From an uncultured Hormoscilla sp. (GTDB lineage Bacteria; Cyanobacteriota; Cyanobacteriia; Cyanobacteriales; Desertifilaceae), in NCBI GenBank assembly GCA_963921275.4, contig OZ001293.3:6752001-6816000 (forward strand): DNA of 64,000 nt, read 5' to 3'. Under the pieces are notes generated by a model. The model did not search any database. It was not told where the DNA came from and worked only from the letters and a program-made list of their open reading frames with translations. The translations under genes were made by a program, and so were the position numbers. Positions 10,526 to 19,928 of the stretch are shown in pieces. Numbering within the stretch: the first letter of the stretch is position 1; each line of letters opens with the position of its first letter.

Positions 10526-10981
10526 CTAGTACAAACCGCACTCCTGGCTAAGGGACGCCAACTCTTCTATGCCCTGCCTATGCAACTCAGACAGCTTCTG
10601 CTGATGAGCGATCGCATCGGATAGGCGAATGAGGCGCAGTCTTCCATCCTGAATGAAAGGAATTTCCCCCTTGTCAAGCAATTTATTTACATATTGCACT
10701 TGAGAACCGATCAAAGCAGCAGCTTGCCAGGTTGTCAATGGATCGTGAAATATAACAGTACTCATGCCATTCCCCCGCGCTAACTGATACACCTGCTCGC
10801 GCAGCAAGTGAAATACAGACGCCGGCAGTTCTATTTCTTCTCCATCTGAGCTGACAAGTCGTGGCAGTTGGGGACGTGAGCCATTACTCGATCCATTCAA
10901 TAGCTTGGACAATAAAGCCAACTCCGCGCGTTCCTGCTCCGTTGCCACTATCGGTTCGGGCTTGATGTCACTAGAATTCAT
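10526..10981 (-). CDS. Excisionase-family HTH protein (paralogue 3)
   Basis: GEEIELPASV, LTTWQAAALIG..LLDKGEIPF..R.IRLSD, SQECGLY. Confidence 0.85.
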   Translation of the reverse strand: MNSSDIKPEPIVATEQERAELALLSKLLNGSSNGSRPQLPRLVSSDGEEIELPASVFHLLREQVYQLARGNGMSTVIFHDPLTTWQAAALIGSQVQYVNKLLDKGEIPFIQDGRLRLIRLSDAIAHQQKLSELHRQGIEELASLSQECGLY

Positions 10982-11012
10982 GTGCTTACTCAAAATGCGT
11001 TTGCTCTCTATT

Positions 11013-11459
11013 CTATACTATCTCTTCCGATAGGAGTGCCGTCGAGTACAAGCCCAAATCATCGCACATCCGCGTCATTTCTGCCAAACCCTGCCGCCGT
11101 AACTCATCCCACTTCTGCTTATAAGCCATCAGATCTTCAAACCGAATTCGGCGCTCCAAACCATATCCAGTAGAAGGAATTTCCCCATCTTTCAGCAGTT
11201 GCACCAGATGCTGTCGCGGCACATCAAGTAACTTAGTAGCTTCCCAAATTGGTAATGGATCGTGAAAGATAACAGTCATCACGCCATTGCCCCGCGCTAA
11301 CTGATACAACTGCTGACGCAGCAAGCGCAATACAGACGCAGGCAGTTCAATTTCTTCACCCTCTGGGGTGACAAATCGTGGCAACTGCGAGCCATTACTC
11401 AGTCCCTTCAACAACTGGGACAATGAAGCCAAGTCAGCGAGTTCTCGTTCTGTTGCCAC
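11013..11459 (-). CDS. Excisionase-family HTH protein (paralogue 2)
   Basis: [41 protein letters not shown]. Confidence 0.8.
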   Translation of the reverse strand: MATERELADLASLSQLLKGLSNGSQLPRFVTPEGEEIELPASVLRLLRQQLYQLARGNGVMTVIFHDPLPIWEATKLLDVPRQHLVQLLKDGEIPSTGYGLERRIRFEDLMAYKQKWDELRRQGLAEMTRMCDDLGLYSTALLSEEIV

Positions 11460-11522
11460 TACAGGCCGAACTCTTGACTCATTCGAGCCAACTCTTCTAT
11501 ACCCCGCCGATGCAACTCAGAC

Positions 11523-11687
11523 GGATGTGGTCATAAGTAGTTGATAGCCAAGTGCATCGCCCGATACATGTATATAGCCCGCGCAGGCGGGCTTTGTTCA
11601 TGTAGCCGGGCCCCTCGTTCCCACGGCTCCGCCTGGGAACGGGTTCGGGCGGCGAGGTCTCCTACCAACGGGCGCAAGACCACACCC
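11523..11687. mobile_element. MITE (165 bp), ends GGATGTGGTC / GACCACACCC, 9-bp target duplication AACTCAGAC
   Basis: Duplication at 11514-11522 and 11688-11696; imperfect terminal inverted repeats. Confidence 0.75.
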
Positions 11688-11987
11688 AACTCAGACAGCT
11701 TCTGCTTATGAGCGATCGCATCGGATAGCCGAATGAGGCGCAGTCTTCCATCCTGAATGAAAGAAATTTCCCCATCGTCAAGCAATTTATTCACATATTG
11801 CACCTGAGAACCGAGCAAAGCAGCAGCTTGCCAGGTTGTCAATGGATCGTGAAAGATAACAGTACTCACGCCATTGCCCCGCTAATTCTATTTCTTAACC
11901 TTCTGGACTGACAAGTCGTGGCAACTGCGATCCATTACTCAGTCCATTCAACAACTGGGACAATGAAGCCAACTCCGCGAGTTCTTG

Positions 11988-12111
11988 AGGAGCATCTCAG
12001 TTTTGTAATTTAGCCCGCGCAGGCGGGCTTTGTTCGTGTAGCCGGGCCCCTCGTTCCCACGGCTCCGCCTGGGAACGGGTTCGGGCGGCGACGCAAATAT
12101 GAGATGCACCT
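11988..12111. mobile_element. MITE (124 bp), ends AGGAGCATCTCA / TGAGATGCACCT, 8-bp target duplication AGTTCTTG
   Basis: Duplication at 11980-11987 and 12112-12119. Confidence 0.8.
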
Positions 12112-12473
12112 AGTTCTTGTTCTGTTGCCACTATAGGTTCGAGCTTGATGTCACTAGAATTCATCTGCTTACTCAAAATGCGTTTGCTATCTATTCTATA
12201 CCTGTGTTCTGGCGCCAGATGAGTTTTGAACAGGTAAATTTATGACTTTAACACCACCGACAGCAGACCCAAGATTGCTCTATTAATTAAACTAAAAAAG
12301 AGCAGTCGCCAGCGGGGCACAAAACAATGAGGATGAAAGTACACAAGCAGGAAAACTTGGTGTTGACAAACCAAAGTTCGGAAGTTCTAGTCGAGCGAGC
12401 CTGGCCAATAATAGCCGCCCTACCCATTCCTGTAAGTGACAGAAATCACATTTAGTCGGTGACGCTCCATACC

Positions 12474-12570
12474 CGAGCCGAAGTCGAGCCGAAGTCGAGC
12501 CGAAGTCGAGCCGAGGTCGAGCCGAGACCGAGCCATTAGCGAGCCATATACGAGCCGTAGTCGAGCGATA
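12474..12570. repeat. 11-bp tandem repeat CGAGCC-N5 (about 9 units; about 12 units in the copy at 23380-23510)
   Basis: cgagccgaagt x3, cgagccgaggt, cgagccgagac, cgagccattag, cgagccatata, cgagccgtagt, cgagcgataa. Confidence 0.9.
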
Positions 12571-12984
12571 ACCCCGCCTAATGGACTCCCTCCTTACCTG
12601 GAGCCTGCTCTCAGCCCATTCTCAACGCACTGGACCATATCCCCACCCTAGCCTCGCCATAATATATATACCCTCGCCAGGGAGCCCTGGGCGACAACCG
12701 GCACCCCATACCCCAATAAACAAAGCTTAAGTGTAGCAACCTTTTTAACAAATAGAAACCCCCATAAATGAACGCGATCGCCTGAATAAAAGCTCTCTTA
12801 TACTTAGAGTAATTTCCAATATAAATTCTGACAAAGCAAGCTGTACTAGCTGAAATATTTACCGGTTAAGAGAGCAAATATTGCTCTACTCTATCAACCA
12901 CTTTTAATCGCACCCATTCTCCCATTCTCTACTATCAGAGAAAGCAATGTTATCGCTTGGCTCCAATTGCCACCAGTAATGTTG

Positions 12985-13180
12985 TAAATTGGGTTTCGTG
13001 CTGCCATGCCGGAGATGCCCTGTTATGCCGGAGATGCACGGGTTGGGTTTCGTTCTCCAGACCCAACCTACGAACGGATCCATCCCTATTTTGTGATTAA
13101 GCCCGCCCGGACTTAGTTCATGGCCGGAGATGCACGGGTTGGGTTTCGTTCTCCAGACCAAACCCACGAACGGGTGCATT
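12985..13180. repeat. REP-like palindromic direct repeats (GCCGGAGATGCACGGGTTGGGTTTCGTTCTCCAGACC..AACC.ACGAA x2); also at 23925-24120
   Basis: Two ~50-bp copies; the reverse strand reads GT(A/G)GGTT(G/T)GG...GAAACCCAAC. Confidence 0.7.
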
Positions 13181-13263
13181 GAAGAGAGGAAATTACAGGC
13201 TTGAGTTTAGCAACTTGTTCGCAAATGGTATCATACTAAGGAACCTCACATTTGTCACAAACT

Positions 13264-13496
13264 ATGCATCCAGCCAGTGGCGTCATTATCTGTTTAGCTT
13301 ATATTCTGGGCTTGCTATCTACCGCCAGCCCTTGGGGAGGGTATACAGTCCTAGTTCTGGGAGTCGCCGCCGCCGCGTGTAGATTCTGGCGCATGGGACC
13401 GAAACCTGGTATCTGGCTAACAGCAGGACTGGTAGGATTGTTAGCAAGTTTCTATTTGCCAATGCGGGTGCCCCAACCCCTGGACAATGATATCAG
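13264..13496 (+). pseudogene. comEC: Truncated 5' copy of comEC
   Basis: Nearly identical to 24205-24437, then diverges abruptly. Confidence 0.9.
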
Positions 13497-13613
13497 ACAA
13501 AAAAACACTCCCGCAGGCTTGGCCACAGGAATGTTATATACTGGTAGAGTTATGGAGACTCAACCAGTAGAAATCAATTATGGGCATTCTAGAATCTCTC
13601 GGCATTAATATTA

Positions 13614-14625
13614 ACCTAAGTTGCGACCTATTAAAAAAAATATGAATTACCCACTTAGACTTTACAGATATTTGGGATATTTCATAGCTTTTGATACAAA
13701 ATTATATTTTTTTTGTGCTAGACGGCGGGTTGGCTGTTTATAGGTTATAATGTACTAAAATAATAGTTAATTGCTGGGGGATGTAGATGATGGAAGATAT
13801 GATTACAACAATTTTTGTTCTTTGTGACGAGCTACTAAAAGCGTTAAATATAAAAGAAGATCCACAAGTAAAAATGAACAATGCCGAAGTGATGACAGTC
13901 GGATTAGTTGCTGCATATTTTTTCGGAGGACACCACGATCGCTCTTGTCAATTTATGGTCGAACACAAGTATATAAAAAATCTGTTAAGTAAAAGTAGGT
14001 TCAATCGTCGATTACACAATATTGAGGAACCAATTTGGATGTTTTTCTTCCAAGTTATAGCTCAAACATTTAAAGAGCTCAATCCGGGTCAAGAATATAT
14101 TCTTGATAGTTTCCCGGTGCCAGTATGTGATAATATTAGGATTGATAGATGCCAAATTTATAACAAGGAAGAATATCGAGGGTATATTGCCAGTAAAAAA
14201 CGTTATTTTTATGGATTAAGAGTTCATATGTTGGTAAACAAAAATGGAAAGCCAATAGAATTTTATCTAGATCCTGGTAGTTATAATGATGTTAAAGTTT
14301 TGCAATCTTTTGGCTTTGACTTACCATCAAATTCAATAGTTTATGGAGATAAAGCTTATAATGATTATCAATTAGAGGATTTACTAAAAGAGTCGTCAAG
14401 TATAATGTTAAAACCTTTGCGAAAAAAGAACTCAAAAAGAAAAGAATCTTCTTGTTTTGAATATATACAAAAAGTAACAAAAAAACAAGTTGAAACCTGT
14501 TTTAGTCGAATCACAAATTTGTTTTCCAAGTCAATTCATGCTGTTACATCTAAGGGATTAGAGTTGAAAATAATTCTCTTTATCATAGCTTTTTGTATCC
14601 AATTTTTATAGGTCGCAACTTGAGT
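13614..14625 (+). mobile_element. Complete IS982-family insertion sequence (1012 bp)
   Basis: 18-bp terminal inverted repeats ACCTAAGTTGCGACCTAT / ATAGGTCGCAACTTGAGT (16/18), 8-bp target duplication TAATATTA, AT-rich. Confidence 0.92.
13787..14611 (+). CDS. IS982-family DDE transposase
   Basis: SRFNRR, LDSFPVPVC, YFYGLRVH, YGDKAY, VET.FS motifs; uninterrupted 274 aa. Confidence 0.92.
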   Translation: MMEDMITTIFVLCDELLKALNIKEDPQVKMNNAEVMTVGLVAAYFFGGHHDRSCQFMVEHKYIKNLLSKSRFNRRLHNIEEPIWMFFFQVIAQTFKELNPGQEYILDSFPVPVCDNIRIDRCQIYNKEEYRGYIASKKRYFYGLRVHMLVNKNGKPIEFYLDPGSYNDVKVLQSFGFDLPSNSIVYGDKAYNDYQLEDLLKESSSIMLKPLRKKNSKRKESSCFEYIQKVTKKQVETCFSRITNLFSKSIHAVTSKGLELKIILFIIAFCIQFL

Positions 14626-15318
14626 TAATATTATTACCACAGAGTCAGAAGTTAACCGCAAAGATGTCCTGCAACTGCTACGGGAAATACAATATTACTA
14701 GCGCAGTCGCCGCATTCGTCAAGGACATGCCCGCAAACGCCTGCAAGGTAAACCGCCACCGGGTAAAGTACCCTACGGATACAAGCGGGGTAAAAATAGC
14801 TATGCGATCGATCGGGCGGCGGCGCCAGTAGTGAAGGATTTTTTTGCACAATTTCTGCTGTATGGTTCTTTGCGAGGTGCGGTGCGCTATTTGGAGAAGA
14901 GATATGGCAAGAAGATATCGGTTTCTACAGGACGGCGGTGGCTGACTAACCCCGTGTATCGGGGGGATACGGCTTTCCGAGATGGTGAGATTATCTCGGA
15001 TACCTATGTAGCAATTATTTTACGAGAAGAGGCGGCCCAGGTAGTAAATTAGGGGGGCCGAGCTGCGGGAACCGCAAGATTTGACGACCACAATTCGTCC
15101 CCTGCAATGCTGCGGTGCTGAGCTCTAGGTCGGTAGGAGAGGAGTGCTATTCTGATCGCTCACGTAAATCTTTGAAATCCCCTGTAGGGTGACCAGGGTG
15201 TCCCTTTCAAAGTTAATCAAGGTATCTAGGCCCTGATAGACGTGAGCCAAATCTACCGTTCCGGAAAAATCGCGTCCAACCCGATCGCGTTCAGCCCCGT
15301 CCGTATAATCTTCAAAGT

Positions 15319-18300
15319 CTATGATAGTACCATCATGTCCGACTCCAGAACAAAAATATTGGCCTCTGATCCTTCGTAGAGACGATCGCTTCCATGGTTT
15401 CCGTAGACGCGATCTCTTCCATGGTTTCCGTAGACGCGATCTCTTCCCTCCCTGCCGATCAGAGTGTCCTCCTCCTCCTTCTCAAAGAGTGATAAAGTTA
15501 GGGGTTGGGGGTTGAGAGTTAGGGATTGACGAGTATTGCTGAAGTTAAGGTCGGTAGGAGAGGAGTTGACATTGTTGACATTAATAGTAAAAGCCTCCGA
15601 GTAACTAAGCCCACCAGCATCAGTAGTCTGGACGCGGATGCTGTAACTGGACTGGGTCTCAAAGTCAGGGGAACTGTTAATTTGCAGTGAGTTCCCTTCT
15701 ATGGTGAAGGCGTCGTTATCATCGGCATCAGCGCCTCCGACTAACTGGTAGGTAAAGGTATCGGAAGAGTCAGGATCGGTAGTTGAGAAAGTCCCTACGA
15801 CTGCATTATCAGGGGAGTTAGAATCAATGCTGCTGCTGCTAATGACTAGGTCGGTAGGAGACTCGCCGACATCGTTGACATTAATAGTCAAGACCTCCTC
15901 AAAACTATTACTAGCAGAGTCAGTAGTCTGGACGCGGAGGCTGTAACTGGACTGAGTCTCAAAGTCCAAAGAACTGTTAGTTAGCAGTTGGTCCCCTACT
16001 ATAGTAAAGGCATTGTTGCCCGATCCAAGCATGTAGGTAAAGCTATCTCCCTCGTCGGGGTCAGTAGTAGACAAAGTCCCCACAACTGCACCCAATGGAG
16101 AGTTAGAATCAATGCTGCTGCTGCTAAGGACTAGGTCGGTAGGAGACTCGCCGACATCGTTGACGCTAATAGTCAAGGCTTCTGAGTAACTGTTCCCAGT
16201 AGAGTCAGTAGTCTGGACGCCGATGCTGTAACTCGATTTTCTCTCAAAGTCAGGGGAACTGTTAATTTGCAGTGAGTTCCCTTCTATGGTGAAGGCGTCG
16301 TTATCATCGGCACTAGCGCCTCCGACTAACTGGTAGGTAAAGGTATCGGAAGAGTCAGGATCGGTAGTTGAGAAAGTCCCTACGACTGCATTATCAGGGG
16401 AGTTAGAATCAATGCTGCTGCTGCTAATGACTAGGTCGGTAGGAGACTCGCCGACATCGTTGACATTAATAGTCAAGACCTCCTCAAAACTATTACTAGC
16501 AGAGTCAGTAGTCTGGACGCGGAGGCTGTAACTGGACTGAGTCTCAAAGTCCAAAGAACTGTTAGTTAGCAGTTGGTCCCCTACTATAGTAAAGGCATTG
16601 TTGCCCGATCCAAGCATGTAGGTAAAGCTATCTCCCTCGTCGGGGTCAGTAGTAGACAAAGTCCCCACAACTGCACCCAATGGAGAGTTAGAATCAATGC
16701 TGCTGCTGCTAAGGACTAGGTCGGTAGGAGACTCGCCGACATCGTTGACGCTAATAGTCAAGGCTTCTGAGTAACTGTTCCCAGTAGAGTCAGTAGTCTG
16801 GACGCCGATGCTGTAACTCGATTTTCTCTCAAAGTCAGGGGAACTGTTAATTTGCAGTGAGTTCCCTTCTATGGTGAAGGCGTCGTTATCATCGGCACTA
16901 GCGCCTCCGACTAACTGGTAGGTAAAGGTATCGGAAGAGTCAGGATCGGTAGTTGAGAAAGTCCCTACGACTGCATTATCAGGGGAGTTAGAATCAATGC
17001 TGCTGCTGCTAATGACTAGGTCGGTAGGAGACTCGCCGACATCGTTGACATTAATAGTCAAGACCTCCTCAAAACTATTACTAGCAGAGTCAGTAGTCTG
17101 GACGCGGAGGCTGTAACTGGACTGAGTCTCAAAGTCCAAAGAACTGTTAGTTAGCAGTTGGTCCCCTACTATAGTAAAGGCATTGTTGCCCGATCCAAGC
17201 ATGTAGGTAAAGCTATCTCCCTCGTCGGGGTCAGTAGTAGACAAAGTCCCCACAACTGCACCCAATGGAGAGTTAGAATCAATGCTGCTGCTGCTAAGGA
17301 CTAGGTCGGTAGGAGACTCGCCGACATCGTTGACGCTAATAGTCAAGGCTTCTGAGTAACTGTTCCCAGTAGAGTCAGTAGTCTGGACGCCGATGCTGTA
17401 ACTCGATTTTCTCTCAAAGTCAGGGGAACTGTTAATTTGCAGTGAGTTCCCTTCTATGGTGAAGGCGTCGTTATCATCGGCACTAGCGCCTCCGACTAAC
17501 TGGTAGGTAAAGGTATCGGAAGAGTCAGGATCAGTAGTTGAGAAAGTCCCTACGACTGCATTATCAGGGGAGTTAGAATCAATGCTGCTGCTGCTAAGGA
17601 CTAGGTCGGTAGGAGAGGAGTTGACATTGTTGACATTAATAGTAAAAGCCTCCGAGTAACTAAGCCCACCAGCATCAGTAGTCTGGACGCGGATGCTGTA
17701 ACTGGACTGAGTCTCAAAGTCCAAAGAACTGTTAGTTAGCAGTTGGTCCCCTACTATAGTAAAGGCATTGTTGCCGGAGACAAGCATGTAGGTAAAGCTA
17801 TCTCCCTCGTTGGGATCGGTAGTAGAGAAAGTCCCTACGACTGCACCCAATGGAGAGTTAGAATCAATGCTGCTGTTGCTGAGTTCTAGATCGGTAGGAG
17901 GGGAGTTCTCTATAACAATGTCAAAGGTATCTGTCCCTCGATTTCTCGCTCCGTCGATGGCGGCTACCGTCACGGTAAAGGTGTCTGCGGTAGTAGGGGT
18001 ACCGCTGATAACTCCCCGACTGTTGATCGTTACGCCCCCTGGTAAACCGGTAGCTGTGTAATTGTCGATGTTGTTATTGATGTCGCCGAAATTTGCGCTA
18101 ATGTCTATGTTGAGGTTATTACCTAGCAAGAGTTGGACGTCGGGAATCTCGGTTAAAACATAAGGGGGGTTTTCCAATCGCTTTAAGACCCTCAAATCTA
18201 GAACCTCTTGGGGGATGCTGCCAGTCAGTTGGTTGTCGGACAGCTGGAGAAACTCCAAATTGGAAAGATTCCCTAACTCCGTCGGGATGCTGCCAGTCAG

Positions 18301-19290
18301 TTGGTTGGAGTACAGCTGGAGACGAATCAAATTGGAAAGATTCCCTAACTCCGTCGGGATGCTGCCAGTCAGTTGGTTGGAGTACAGAAAGAGAAATCGC
18401 AAATTGGAAAGATTCCCTAACTCCGTCGGGATGCTGCCAGTCAGTTGGTTGGAGTACAGCTGGAGACGAATCAAATTGGAAAGATTCCCTAACTCCGTCG
18501 GGATGCTGCCAGTCAGTTGGTTGTCGGACAGCCAGAGATCCTCCAAATTGGAAAGATTCCCTAACTCCGTCGGGATGCTGCCAGTCAGTTGGTTGTCGGA
18601 CAGCAAGAGCAAAGTCACCCTGCCGTTAGCTACCGTCACCCCACGCCAACCATTAACAACAGAAGCATCGGGGGGAGTTGGGCTGTTGAAATTCCAGTCC
18701 CGCCAGCCTGTATTGTTCGTCCAAGAAGCCCCATTGGTGCTTTGATAGAGAGCCCTTAAGGCCTGATACTCCTGCTGGGAGATGGTCAATATGCCCCCAT
18801 AGGCCATCTGAGCTTCTGCGGACAATGCTAAGGGAGTTTTCATCCCCGGAGTTCGCCACTCCAACTTCCAATTTCCGCCCCGGGCTGCTGCCCCTGTCCG
18901 GGTAGTAGAGGCGGCGAGGGATGCCCCGGTCAGGGCCTGTAGCTTAGTCATCAACTCCTCTCCTGCATCTCCGGCGGCGACGTTACAGCCGTAGAGTAGG
19001 AGTTGTTTTACCTTCCACTTCTGCAGGGTAGAGGCGTAATCTCCTAGAGGATCTAAACTCAGTTGGGAGTTTCCCAGATACAGACAGCCAGGGCTGCCGT
19101 GGGAGAGTAGGTGCAGAACTTCTGTTTCTTTATGCTGTTGGAGAAGTTCGCCGATCTGTTTGATGCCATCGGACCGAAGGTCTAAGAGGAAAGATTTGGC
19201 CCCAGGCCGGATGCCGTCTATAAGCTGCTGGTAGTTTTCTAGGGAGGCATCCACTACTACCATAGTGTTGGCATTGGTATTATGTTTCAT
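15319..19290 (-). CDS. Large surface/secreted protein: DUF4347 + plant-type LRRs + Ig-like domain + 8 cadherin-like repeats + RTX-like C-terminus (C-terminal frameshift)
   Basis: LHLLSHGSPG..LYGCNVA..GGNW (DUF4347); [17 protein letters not shown] repeats; PTDL.LS..VGT.STTDPD..DFE..SY cadherin repeats; GRDRVYGNH nonapeptides. Confidence 0.9.
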   Translation of the reverse strand: MKHNTNANTMVVVDASLENYQQLIDGIRPGAKSFLLDLRSDGIKQIGELLQQHKETEVLHLLSHGSPGCLYLGNSQLSLDPLGDYASTLQKWKVKQLLLYGCNVAAGDAGEELMTKLQALTGASLAASTTRTGAAARGGNWKLEWRTPGMKTPLALSAEAQMAYGGILTISQQEYQALRALYQSTNGASWTNNTGWRDWNFNSPTPPDASVVNGWRGVTVANGRVTLLLLSDNQLTGSIPTELGNLSNLEDLWLSDNQLTGSIPTELGNLSNLIRLQLYSNQLTGSIPTELGNLSNLRFLFLYSNQLTGSIPTELGNLSNLIRLQLYSNQLTGSIPTELGNLSNLEFLQLSDNQLTGSIPQEVLDLRVLKRLENPPYVLTEIPDVQLLLGNNLNIDISANFGDINNNIDNYTATGLPGGVTINSRGVISGTPTTADTFTVTVAAIDGARNRGTDTFDIVIENSPPTDLELSNSSIDSNSPLGAVVGTFSTTDPNEGDSFTYMLVSGNNAFTIVGDQLLTNSSLDFETQSSYSIRVQTTDAGGLSYSEAFTINVNNVNSSPTDLVLSSSSIDSNSPDNAVVGTFSTTDPDSSDTFTYQLVGGASADDNDAFTIEGNSLQINSSPDFERKSSYSIGVQTTDSTGNSYSEALTISVNDVGESPTDLVLSSSSIDSNSPLGAVVGTLSTTDPDEGDSFTYMLGSGNNAFTIVGDQLLTNSSLDFETQSSYSLRVQTTDSASNSFEEVLTINVNDVGESPTDLVISSSSIDSNSPDNAVVGTFSTTDPDSSDTFTYQLVGGASADDNDAFTIEGNSLQINSSPDFERKSSYSIGVQTTDSTGNSYSEALTISVNDVGESPTDLVLSSSSIDSNSPLGAVVGTLSTTDPDEGDSFTYMLGSGNNAFTIVGDQLLTNSSLDFETQSSYSLRVQTTDSASNSFEEVLTINVNDVGESPTDLVISSSSIDSNSPDNAVVGTFSTTDPDSSDTFTYQLVGGASADDNDAFTIEGNSLQINSSPDFERKSSYSIGVQTTDSTGNSYSEALTISVNDVGESPTDLVLSSSSIDSNSPLGAVVGTLSTTDPDEGDSFTYMLGSGNNAFTIVGDQLLTNSSLDFETQSSYSLRVQTTDSASNSFEEVLTINVNDVGESPTDLVISSSSIDSNSPDNAVVGTFSTTDPDSSDTFTYQLVGGADADDNDAFTIEGNSLQINSSPDFETQSSYSIRVQTTDAGGLSYSEAFTINVNNVNSSPTDLNFSNTRQSLTLNPQPLTLSLFEKEEEDTLIGREGRDRVYGNHGRDRVYGNHGSDRLYEGSEANIFVLESDMMVLS
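15545..17880. repeat. Intragenic 585-bp tandem repeat (two cadherin domains per unit, about 4 near-identical units)
   Basis: The same landmark aaaactattactagcag lies at 15901, 16486 and 17071. Confidence 0.9.
18212..18610. repeat. 72-bp LRR-coding tandem repeat (52 nt constant + 20 nt variable)
   Basis: caaattggaaagattccctaactccgtcgggatgctgccagtcagttggttg repeated 5 times; same scaffold at 1-325. Confidence 0.95.
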
Positions 19291-19928
19291 TTTTTGGTTT
19301 CTCTTGTATTTTTCTGTAGAGGTGCTGGTGTAATACTAGCCCGACTATCGTCATATTTCTGACTTACGCCGGAACGAGTGGCACGTTTGTTTATTATAAC
19401 TCAAGTGTTGGTTACCGGCGACATTGGTAACATTTCCTGCTTTAACTACAGTCATTAAAACATATTTTACGGAAATTATCAAATTTATTTGCTACTATAC
19501 CGTCGGAGTTGGGTGTCTTTCAATTTAACCCATATTTCGCAACCTCATACCCCAGCAGGTTTCCTCCGACGCTGGCTTTCTTCGTCTACGATTCTTATAC
19601 GAAATGAATCACTTGCTGTTGCTGAAAAGCGGTCTTTTATATCTACCGGCCCCATTTGTTTCACGCTTCCCATACATAGAGTCCCCCGACTGAGTCAGGC
19701 ACTTCCCCGACTGAGTGCGGCACTTTACCTCAGTAGTCAGGCACTTCCCCGTGCTTCTTTTCTATCGATGTCCTCCCCATCGCAGAAGATTGCCAAAGTA
19801 GGAGGTAGAGGGTCGGAGCTTTCAACTAGATCGTCCTTTCGATGCCTACCTACCGCGCTCCCCTCCCGCACGGCGAAAACTCGGAAGGCATCGCTCAGAC
19901 CTCGCGGTTCCCCCAATCGTGGTAAACT

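Larger units (their letters stand above)
11460..12167 (-). pseudogene. Excisionase-family HTH paralogue 1, disrupted by two MITEs and an internal deletion
   Basis: Colinear fragments MNSSDIKLEPIVATEQE / VIFHDPLTTWQAAALLG / GIEELARMSQEFGL*. Confidence 0.8.
13589..15050 (+). pseudogene. Serine recombinase-family gene remnant interrupted by IS982 and an in-frame stop
   Basis: LESLGINI|ITTESEVNRKDVLQLLREIQYY*RSRRIRQGHARKRLQGKPPPGKVPYGY...RRWLTNPVYRG. Confidence 0.75.

Noticed and set aside
9977..15050. Prophage or ICE suggested by 'excisionase' genes and a recombinase
   Set aside because: The HTH_17 genes are paired with a PIN toxin, the recombinase is a fragment, and no structural, replication or conjugation genes or att sites were seen.
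18212..18610. CRISPR-like look of the 52-nt constant / 20-nt variable array (also 1-325)
   Set aside because: The period is exactly 72 nt and in frame with an LRR protein, the 'spacers' are related to each other with fixed Leu codons, and there are no cas genes or leader.
1..19290. Diversity-generating retroelement as the cause of LRR variation
   Set aside because: No reverse transcriptase or template repeat in the window, and scaffold adenines at synonymous sites (CAA, TTA) are invariant; not excluded in trans.
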